Assembly: GCA_963674595.2 (NCBI GenBank) | Contig: CAXXFV010000029.1 | Coordinates: 167,312 to 231,311 of the forward strand | DNA: 64,000 nt | Source of the DNA: a bacterium | GTDB taxonomy: Bacteria > Zhuqueibacterota > Zhuqueibacteria > Residuimicrobiales > Krinioviventaceae | Direction: 5' to 3' | Part shown: one piece after another, positions 38,478 through 46,153 of the stretch | Position numbering within the stretch: the stretch's first letter is position 1 | Layout: each line of letters begins with the position of its first letter | The notes under the pieces: generated by a model | Seen by the model: only the letters and a program-made list of their open reading frames with translations | What the model was told of the DNA's origin: nothing | Database searches by the model: none | Made by a program: the position numbers and the translations under genes

Positions 38478-40769
38478 ATGAAATCGAAATTCGCTGTTAT
38501 CACCCTCATGTCTACAACGTTCATCTCCCTGGAAATGACCTGGACCCGCATTCTTTCGGCCGAATTTTTCTACACCTTTGCCTTTCTGGTGCTGTCTCTG
38601 GCAATTCTCGGCCTGGGTATGGGCGCTCTGGCGCTGCGCCTGTTTCCGGTTTTAAATCGTGAAAAGAATATCGGTCCGCTGCTTTCTTTAACCGGACTCA
38701 TGACCCTGGCCGGTCCGCCGATTGTGTTTAAACTGGGACTGGATTTTTCACAACTGTTAAACAGTCCGCTCATGATCGGCAAACTGGTCTTAACGATTCT
38801 CATCCTCAGTTCGGCGTTCTTTTTCGGCGGGATCGCCCTGGCTGTTATTTTCAGAAACAACCACAAAGAGATGCCCAATCTTTACATGGCAGACCTGCTT
38901 GGCGCCGGTTTGGGTGTGGCTGTTGCCATTGTTTTTATGAACGTTTTCAGCACACCGACGGCCTCGTTTCTTATTGCCCTGCCGGTGCTGCTGGCATCCC
39001 TGATCTGTTCGAAAAAATTTTTCAGGATGGTGCCGCTGTTGCTGATGCTTGCCTCGGTCCTGCTTTCGCCCTATGCTTTAAACCTGCTGGAAGCCCCGCA
39101 GCGTGAACGCGGTCCGCTTATTTACAAACACTGGGACGCTATGGGAAAAATTAAAATGTTCAGCTATCCCAATGACGAAGGCCGGGGAATGGTTATCGAT
39201 AACATTGCCAACACGCCGGTTTACAAATTTGACGGCGATTATACGGTTCCCGACAGCACACCCAAAGACCAGTGGGCGATTCCGGTCGGTGACCTGATTC
39301 GTCGATTCAAGTCCTGCACGTTCCTATCCCTTGGTGCAGGCGGCGGCGGGGATGTGTTACAAGCCCTGTGCGAAGGCGCCAAAGAGGTGCACGCTGTTGA
39401 AGTCAATCCCTGGATCAACAAAATGATGACCGTGGGCGATCCGGACGGTTATGTCAAAACCTATACCGATTCGCTTGACACTACGTTAGTGGATTTGCCC
39501 GACTATACCGGCGGCTTGTATAAAGATCCCAGGGTCACTGTCGTAAGCGAAGACGCCCGTGCCTATGTGCGTCGGTTTAAAAATAAATTTGATGTCATTT
39601 ATTCACTCAGTTCCAATACATTCTCTGCGCTGGCATCCGGCTCTTTTGCCATGGCGGAAAACTATTTGTTCACCACCCAGGCGTTTCAGGATTACTGGAC
39701 CGCGCTTTCAGACAGCGGTTTTATGATGATGGAACACCAGTTTTACATGCCCCGGCTCGTCAGCGAGGTAATACAGGCGTTGACAAACCTGGGTGTGGAA
39801 AATCCCAAAGCACATTTTGCGGTTTACAATCTGCCGCAAATGCGGCGTAACGCGTTGCTGCTGTCTAAAAAACCGTTGACACAGCACATCCTGCAAACCG
39901 CGTTAATAGACCTGTCCCCGGAAAATTTCGCATCGATCCATCTTTTATATCCGGCGGCAGATTCGGTCAAAAACAATCTCATTCAGCGCATTGTTGATAA
40001 CGGCTGGCAAGCCCAGGCAGACAGCATGCGGTTTGATATTTCGCCCAACAACGACAACCGGCCCTTTGCCGCACAAATGGGCATGTGGAAAAACCTCAAA
40101 CTCAAAGGTGTGGAAAAACTGCTGCCCTATGAATTTTATGGTTTTCCCCTGACCAAAATGATTATCGTTGTTATTATGATCGTGGTGTTTGTGCTGATCA
40201 TTCCCCTCAACCTGTTACCCTATCTGCAAAAAGGGCCCAAACTCGGCGCCGCGCCCTGGCTGTACTTTTTTATCATCGGTATGGCCTTTATGATGATCGA
40301 AGTGGTGTTGATCCAAAAATACACGCTGTTTGTCGGGCCGTCGGTGTACAGTATTGCCACGATTCTGCTCACCCTGCTGGTGAGTTCAGGCATCGGCAGC
40401 CGCTTTTCCAACCGGGTTCATGATCTTGTTCCATTTTACGGTATTGTTTCCTGGCTCATTCTCGATTTATTCGTTTTCACATACCTGACCGCAAGTCTTG
40501 GCGGTCTCACACAGGTATCGAGAATTTTAATCACAGCCCTGCTTATTCTGCCACTGGGATTTTTTATGGGCATGCCCTTTCCAAAAGCAGCCCTGCGGGT
40601 CCGTGAACTGGTGGACTGGGGATTCGCTGTTAACGGTGCCGCGTCCGTGCTTGGTTCCACGCTGATTATGCTGGTCGTTTTTGCCTGGGGCTATTCAGCC
40701 GGACTGCTGCTGAGCGCCGGTTTGTACTTGCTGGCAATGCTGCTGCTGAACACGAAAAAAGGCTGGTAA
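38478..40769 (+). CDS. Polytopic membrane protein fused to a spermidine-synthase-like methyltransferase-fold domain
   Basis: 763 aa. Roughly 7 N-terminal and 5 C-terminal TM helices flank a soluble domain containing LSLGAGGGGDVLQAL...VHAVEVNP. Confidence 0.65.
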   Translation: MKSKFAVITLMSTTFISLEMTWTRILSAEFFYTFAFLVLSLAILGLGMGALALRLFPVLNREKNIGPLLSLTGLMTLAGPPIVFKLGLDFSQLLNSPLMIGKLVLTILILSSAFFFGGIALAVIFRNNHKEMPNLYMADLLGAGLGVAVAIVFMNVFSTPTASFLIALPVLLASLICSKKFFRMVPLLLMLASVLLSPYALNLLEAPQRERGPLIYKHWDAMGKIKMFSYPNDEGRGMVIDNIANTPVYKFDGDYTVPDSTPKDQWAIPVGDLIRRFKSCTFLSLGAGGGGDVLQALCEGAKEVHAVEVNPWINKMMTVGDPDGYVKTYTDSLDTTLVDLPDYTGGLYKDPRVTVVSEDARAYVRRFKNKFDVIYSLSSNTFSALASGSFAMAENYLFTTQAFQDYWTALSDSGFMMMEHQFYMPRLVSEVIQALTNLGVENPKAHFAVYNLPQMRRNALLLSKKPLTQHILQTALIDLSPENFASIHLLYPAADSVKNNLIQRIVDNGWQAQADSMRFDISPNNDNRPFAAQMGMWKNLKLKGVEKLLPYEFYGFPLTKMIIVVIMIVVFVLIIPLNLLPYLQKGPKLGAAPWLYFFIIGMAFMMIEVVLIQKYTLFVGPSVYSIATILLTLLVSSGIGSRFSNRVHDLVPFYGIVSWLILDLFVFTYLTASLGGLTQVSRILITALLILPLGFFMGMPFPKAALRVRELVDWGFAVNGAASVLGSTLIMLVVFAWGYSAGLLLSAGLYLLAMLLLNTKKGW

Positions 40770-40799
40770 CGGTTTTTAAAAGAATATAAAAATTCATTA

Positions 40800-40830
40800 A
40801 ACCACGGACCTGTTTGTCCGTGGTTTTTTT
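40800..40830 (+). terminator. Rho-independent terminator
   Basis: ccacggac-ctgttt-gtccgtgg followed by TTTTTTT. Confidence 0.8.
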
Positions 40831-40945
40831 ATATAAAATTATTGAAATCGGTTCATTTATATCAAAAAGAATTTCAGGAATTCCCTGAATTTTTGTATAT
40901 TGGCTAAAGTATTAATCAGAAATTACCTCCAAAAGGAGATTTTAT

Positions 40946-42169
40946 ATGGACTTGAAATTTGGTGAAAATGTAAAACAACAGGCAGCAGAATTACAGGCCC
41001 AGGGAAGAGACGCCAATCAAATCGCCAAAATACTGTTTGATCGTGATGATCAGGGCAGCAATTACGGCATCGGCATTATACTTGATAATGAAGGCAAACC
41101 GGCAAAAAGCTCATCGGTCCTGAAAAAATATCTGCAACAGGAGCTGGACAACTGTACGGCCGGCACCTATATGAATTCCGCAAAAATAATGGACCAGCTT
41201 AAAGAAGCGGTTTTACGCTGGCAGCGGGTTCCTGAAAAATACTGGTCATCTTTTTCTTTGGCGATACCGTCTGATGCCGGGACCGGCGCGGTAAAATCAT
41301 CCGTGGAAATGGCATTGATGATGGACACGCAAAAAAACAGCATCGGTGTGGAAGAACTGGGCTGGCCCGCTTACAAGGCCATTGCCAAACTGGCGCGAAT
41401 CGGTATTAAAGAATTTCCCCAGGACAGTGTGATGGAAGGCGATAACCTTCAGCCGCTTTACCAGGCAGGTCCCATGAATACCACCGGTCAAGTCCGTAAC
41501 GCCGCTGTTATTCAGGCGCGTGCCGAAGCGGCCGCCAAAACCGGAACACCCGTCATTCTGGACCGTGCCTATTCCGGATTCGAGTTTGCCCGTCTCATCG
41601 AAACAAACTCTTATGACGACATTATGGCAAAAAGTTTTGAACTGCAAATTAAACCCTTTCTTGATGCCGGCATCAGGACAACACTTGCCCTGAGTCCCAC
41701 AAAGGCGTTTGTCACCTTTGCTTTTCGCCCCTGTGGATTTTTGCTGGTATATAATCCCGACCCGGCTGAAAACAAAAACGTAACCCTGGCTATGAACGCC
41801 ACCATTCGCGCACGGGGTTCTTCTTTTGAACACCCGGTTACCCGGGCCTTTGCTAAAGCCATGGTCAACGACCTGGCCGGTCTGGAAAACGAACACCTGT
41901 CCGCCCTGAAGAGGCTGGCAGAATCTGAAAAATTGTGGAGCAAACTTGTAAAAGGCACAGCCATAGAAGCCCTGTTCTCCGAAAAATATGCCGGACTGTT
42001 TAGAAATCCGCTGGCCAAAGACGATGCCCCGGAAAACATTTACGGGTCACATCTTTACCCGGTTTTCTCACAGGGCCGCTGCCGCCTCAACGCCACGGGT
42101 CTGCCCTCCAATGAAGAACTGGCACAGCAGCACGTTCAGGTCTTTGCCAAATTTTGTATGGAAAAATAA
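40946..42169 (+). CDS. Divergent class-I (AspC/TyrB-like) aminotransferase-like protein
   Basis: 407 aa. The layout AGTGAV ... DRAYSGFEF ... LSPTKAFVTFAFRPCG ... IRARGSSFEHP parallels AspC motifs (GTGA, AYQGF, SKNFGLY, R..SnPP) but is strongly diverged. Confidence 0.5.
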   Translation: MDLKFGENVKQQAAELQAQGRDANQIAKILFDRDDQGSNYGIGIILDNEGKPAKSSSVLKKYLQQELDNCTAGTYMNSAKIMDQLKEAVLRWQRVPEKYWSSFSLAIPSDAGTGAVKSSVEMALMMDTQKNSIGVEELGWPAYKAIAKLARIGIKEFPQDSVMEGDNLQPLYQAGPMNTTGQVRNAAVIQARAEAAAKTGTPVILDRAYSGFEFARLIETNSYDDIMAKSFELQIKPFLDAGIRTTLALSPTKAFVTFAFRPCGFLLVYNPDPAENKNVTLAMNATIRARGSSFEHPVTRAFAKAMVNDLAGLENEHLSALKRLAESEKLWSKLVKGTAIEALFSEKYAGLFRNPLAKDDAPENIYGSHLYPVFSQGRCRLNATGLPSNEELAQQHVQVFAKFCMEK

Positions 42170-42197
42170 TACAGGAATAAATTTGTTTTAAAATTAC

Positions 42198-42234
42198 CAG
42201 CCCTGATCGGTTTAACCGGTCAGGGCTGTTTTGT
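42198..42234 (+). terminator. Rho-independent terminator
   Basis: cagccctgatcggt / accggtcagggctg stem (1 mismatch) followed by TTTTG. Confidence 0.7.
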
Positions 42235-42405
42235 CTTAAGGACCGTTTCAGTGATTGAATAATTTTAATTTGGCAACAACCTCCTCCCTCTTTTCCCCAC
42301 TATCCTTCAACTGTTTGTATTCTTAAATAAAATTGATTCTGTTAAACATATCACACAAATATTTTACAGGTTTTGTATTTTTCAGGATAAAAATACGGAG
42401 CGAAT

Positions 42406-43560
42406 ATGAAAAATCTCTCACATATATTACTGCTGCTGGTGACGGTTACGACCGCCTCTTTTGCACAATCAGCTTTTGGTACATGGATAAACAGGCAATA
42501 CAATCTGAGTATGACACTCAATCAGGATGGAACATTTGTGCTTGTCGGTCCTAATGGACAAATAAACGGTCTGTGGGGCGCACAGGGGCAGTTGTTTCAA
42601 ATGCAGGACGCCATGGGCCAGATATCTCAATATACCATAACACATTTCAGCCAAAACGCACTGCATTTTGTCGATGTCAACGGTGCGGCTTTTCAATATG
42701 AACGACAGACGCCGCAAACACAGGAACCGGTCACCTTACTGGCGGAAGCGCAGGGCCTGCAATTGACCAGCGCACATGTAAAAACCGCTGTGGGTATTGT
42801 CCAGTTTGTCATCGGGCAGCAGATCAAACCCGGCGAAGTTGACGAATTAACCCAATCATCCATACCCGAGTTTAAAACAGATCCGCAGGAATTCACCCGG
42901 CAGATCCAGGGCCTGCAGCAGTCATTAAATACCATGCAGTCATTGCAGGACCCCTTACAAATCGGCACACTGCGGCAAATGCTCATTGCCGAATTTCATA
43001 AGGCCACCTTACCCATGGCTGAAACGGATAAACCTTTGCTGATTCGTATTATAAACCGTTACGTAAAAGTCATGGCCTATGATGCAACCAACAATCTCGC
43101 CCTGACCGATGCGGACATATCAGCAATGATCGATTATGTCCAGTTTTCCAATCAGCTTTCCGGCATGCAATACACTTTTACAGAGGCTGAACGCGAGCAA
43201 TATTCTCAGCAATTAATCAATGATTTTGCGGCCGCACCATTACAGCAAAAACAATTTTTATGTTCCGCAAGTCTGGCGTGGACCCTTGTCAAAGCAAACT
43301 GGGACAATATGAACAGCATGCAGCGAAACCAGGTACAGCAAAATTATGCCGGAACACTGAACACACAAAACCAGCAAACCAGCAGCGGCAATGTTACCCA
43401 ATATGACATTGACAAATTACGCCGGGAAAACATGGCCCAACAAAATATGTTTAACATGATGAACAACATGTCTTTGCAAAACCATGCAACAATGCTGAAC
43501 ACCATAGAAAATTTCGGAGGCACCGGTAATTATTGGGAAGTAACAAACAGTCTTTATTAA
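42406..43560 (+). CDS. Hypothetical secreted Q/N-rich protein
   Basis: 384 aa with a signal peptide (LLLLVTVTTASFAQ). The C-terminal third is rich in Q, N and M (QNQQTSSGN...NMFNMMNNMSLQN). Confidence 0.55.
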   Translation: MKNLSHILLLLVTVTTASFAQSAFGTWINRQYNLSMTLNQDGTFVLVGPNGQINGLWGAQGQLFQMQDAMGQISQYTITHFSQNALHFVDVNGAAFQYERQTPQTQEPVTLLAEAQGLQLTSAHVKTAVGIVQFVIGQQIKPGEVDELTQSSIPEFKTDPQEFTRQIQGLQQSLNTMQSLQDPLQIGTLRQMLIAEFHKATLPMAETDKPLLIRIINRYVKVMAYDATNNLALTDADISAMIDYVQFSNQLSGMQYTFTEAEREQYSQQLINDFAAAPLQQKQFLCSASLAWTLVKANWDNMNSMQRNQVQQNYAGTLNTQNQQTSSGNVTQYDIDKLRRENMAQQNMFNMMNNMSLQNHATMLNTIENFGGTGNYWEVTNSLY

Positions 43561-43698
43561 TAAAAAAATCAACGCAAAAAAACACACATTACGAATGCTC
43601 AAACGGTCCTCCCCTCTTTATATTGCTGTTGCTTTTAGTGGAAATAGATAGTAACTTGTGCCCAACACACGATTTTTCGGTTTAGGAGATAAAATATA

Positions 43699-44961
43699 AT
43701 GACATTACCCATGATTGTCCTGCTGATTCTGTTTATTTGTGTAACAGCATTCAAATACGGACTAAAATTTATAAACCTGAATTACCTGAAAATACACGGA
43801 CTTAAAATACCGGAGGTCTTTGCAGGACAAATTGATGAGGAGATGCTGCAAAAAACCAGCGACTATACGGTTGAACACAACCGCTTTGACACAATAGACT
43901 CTATTTTTGATAATATTCTCATATTAATTTTTATCTTTGGCGGCCTGCTCTCTATATACAACGAATGGATACTCACATTTCAACTGCCGTTTATACTGTC
44001 CGGACTGGTGTTTTTTGCCATTCTCAGTCTTGTCTCAACTGTTCTGGACATCCCCTTTGACCTGTACAGCACATTTAAAATCGAAGCCAAATACGGATTC
44101 AACACCAAAACCGTCACACTGTGGCTCACAGACCTGCTCAAATCAATTGTTATTTCACTCGTTCTCATGGCAATTATCGGCGGCATCGGTTTCTGGATCA
44201 TCACGGCCAGTCCCCATTACTGGTGGGTCTGGATCTGGGCCTTTTTCCTGGTGTTCAGCCTTTTTCTGATGTACATTTCGCCCTATGTCATCGAACCGCT
44301 TTTTAACAAGTTTACCCCCATTGCCGAAGATTATAAAGAGCTGGAAGAAAAGATAAAAACCATGTTTGAAAAAATCGGCATAAAGGTCAGCCGCGTGTTT
44401 AAAATCGATGCGTCCAAACGCAGCAAACACACCAACGCCTATTTTACCGGCATCGGCAAGGTGAAACGCATCGTGTTGTACGACACCCTGCTCGACAATA
44501 TGACCGAACAGGAAATTCTGGCGGTCCTGGCCCACGAAGCCGGACACTGGAAGAAAAAGCACATTCTCAAACGTATTCTCGTTTCCGAGATAATCGGCTT
44601 TATCGGCATATACATTTCGTTCCGCCTGCTGGAATCGGACCTGTTATCATCCTGGTTCAACATGCATTCCGATACGTTTTTTGCCAAACTGATCCTGCTC
44701 AGTTTTGTCGGCGGCATTATCACCTTTCCCTTTTCACCGTTAAGCGCCTATTTTTCCAGAAAACACGAACGACAGGCCGACCAGATTGCCGTTAATTTAA
44801 CCGGCGCCCCGGACGGACTGTTCAGCGCCCTGGTTAAGCTGTCCAAGGACAACCTGTCCAACCTGCACCCGCACCCGTTTTTCGCCAAATGGTACTATTC
44901 CCATCCGCCCATTGTGGAACGGCTCAACTATATCAAAAATTTAAAACCGGAAAAGGTTTAA
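43699..44961 (+). CDS. M48 family zinc metalloprotease (Ste24/HtpX-type CAAX protease-like)
   Basis: 420 aa polytopic protein with an HEXXH motif in LAHEAGHWKKKH. The C-terminus reads SHPPIVERL. Confidence 0.8.
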   Translation: MTLPMIVLLILFICVTAFKYGLKFINLNYLKIHGLKIPEVFAGQIDEEMLQKTSDYTVEHNRFDTIDSIFDNILILIFIFGGLLSIYNEWILTFQLPFILSGLVFFAILSLVSTVLDIPFDLYSTFKIEAKYGFNTKTVTLWLTDLLKSIVISLVLMAIIGGIGFWIITASPHYWWVWIWAFFLVFSLFLMYISPYVIEPLFNKFTPIAEDYKELEEKIKTMFEKIGIKVSRVFKIDASKRSKHTNAYFTGIGKVKRIVLYDTLLDNMTEQEILAVLAHEAGHWKKKHILKRILVSEIIGFIGIYISFRLLESDLLSSWFNMHSDTFFAKLILLSFVGGIITFPFSPLSAYFSRKHERQADQIAVNLTGAPDGLFSALVKLSKDNLSNLHPHPFFAKWYYSHPPIVERLNYIKNLKPEKV

Positions 44962-44997
44962 CATTATAAACCGGGGAAACATTTTTATACCACTTGA

Positions 44998-45028
44998 GGG
45001 ATTTAAAATTTTAAATCCCTTTTTTTTA
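44998..45028 (+). terminator. Rho-independent terminator
   Basis: Perfect 22-nt palindrome gggatttaaaattttaaatccc followed by T8. Confidence 0.85.
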
Positions 45029-45284
45029 ACATTTTTCAAAAACCGCTTGCCTTGATTTTATTTAATTTGTATTATTCTTCTATCAGCACAAAGGACTGTT
45101 TTTCAGGACGATTTGGTCGCGCATGGGTGTCCCGATGACTTTTGCTGATTATCCATTTTAATATTTATATTCGGGAAGTTACAACACACACGAGGAGAGA
45201 TTGCGGCGGTCACAAGATCATATTCCGGTTGGTTCGTTGCTCAAATGTTTTGGGTTGGGTGGGGTGTGCGTGGTTATTGATTAA
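45028..45284 (+). ncRNA. Candidate structured leader/sRNA element, copy 1 of 3 (unnamed family)
   Basis: Shares with 54201-54437 and 62799-63027 an A/T-rich upstream block, a -35/-10 promoter with exact 17-bp spacing, the block ggaY.gttWttca...gggtgtYcc, and the block ttaacaRYacacacRaggaRRaRatt..gccggtYa.caaRat.a.attcc.g. Confidence 0.4.
45047..45075 (+). promoter_or_regulatory. Sigma70-like promoter of element copy 1
   Basis: TTGCCT-17 nt-TATTAT. The same geometry is conserved in the other two copies. Confidence 0.55.
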
Positions 45285-45447
45285 CATTATTTAAATCATT
45301 TTTTTGCAAATGATTATATTGGCATATGTGTTATATAAATTTGTTACCAGCAATATAATTATAACAATTGGAAATATTATTATTATGATATAAGAAACTA
45401 AATATTATTTGATAAAGGTAGCTAGACTATGTGTTACAGGGAAAAAT

Positions 45448-45868
45448 ATGAATATTGAAAACGTATCAACAGTATTAGGATTACTTGGATTGGGCGGATT
45501 GCTTTGAACATATTTCCGAATATTATGGGAACGAAAAAACACAACATTATTACAAAAACAAGAAGTTAAAGAAAAAAGATATAAATGTATTATTATTCTT
45601 TTTTATCTCTTTTAGATTTAAAAAAAACAAATATTTATTACACCAAAATAATCGAGAATATATTAAAACACCTGAAGATTTAATTGATAAACTTAAAATT
45701 GAATGAAATAACATGATTCTGTTCGTATCAGACGAAGTTATTTACTCAATGAATAAATTTATCAAAAATCCTTCACCAGAGGATTATCGTAAAATGGCTA
45801 TCGCTATGAGAAAAGATCTTTGGGGAGGGAAAATATCATCCAAAAATATTGAAAATTTAAACCTATGA
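45448..45868 (+). pseudogene. Degenerate small-ORF fragments (one frameshift plus one in-frame TGA)
   Basis: A 19-aa ORF from 45448 (MNIENVSTVLGLLGLGGLL), a 73-aa ORF at 45485..45706, and a 51-aa ORF at 45713..45868. The last two share one frame and are separated only by TGA-AAT-AAC. Confidence 0.3.
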
Positions 45869-45884
45869 CGATCCTCAAGACGCG

Positions 45885-46016
45885 ATTAGACGGGGGTATT
45901 TACCCCGATAACAAATAGTTTAAAAATGTAAATATCAATTTGAGCCCTTTATTTGAAAACAGATCAGGGCACATGCCCTGGTTTATATACCACCCTGGGG
46001 AAAATTTCCAGGGGCA
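45885..46016. mobile_element. MITE-like internally deleted derivative of the RAYT element
   Basis: gggggtatttaccccgataacaaa joins directly to aatgtaaatatcaatttgag...gatcagggcacatgccctg...ccctggggaaaatttccagggg. That is the RAYT 5' flank fused to the last ~50 nt of the RAYT ORF plus its 3' hairpins. Confidence 0.7.
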
Positions 46017-46153
46017 AAAATTTACTGCTTATGTTTTGTAAATCATTCTTTTAAATACATATTTATTAATTACAAATGCCTAAAGGAGAAAAGTATCTTA
46101 CTGAAAAATCAAGGAAACATAGAAACCACAATCCTTAAAAGAAGGAAGATCCT

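Noticed and set aside
45096-45160. Short ORFs in the 5' half of the conserved element (for example ATG ATA TGG... in copy 2, a 21-aa hydrophobic peptide)
   Set aside because: The ATG is ACG in copy 1, and copy 3 hits a stop after 2 codons. The ORF is not conserved.
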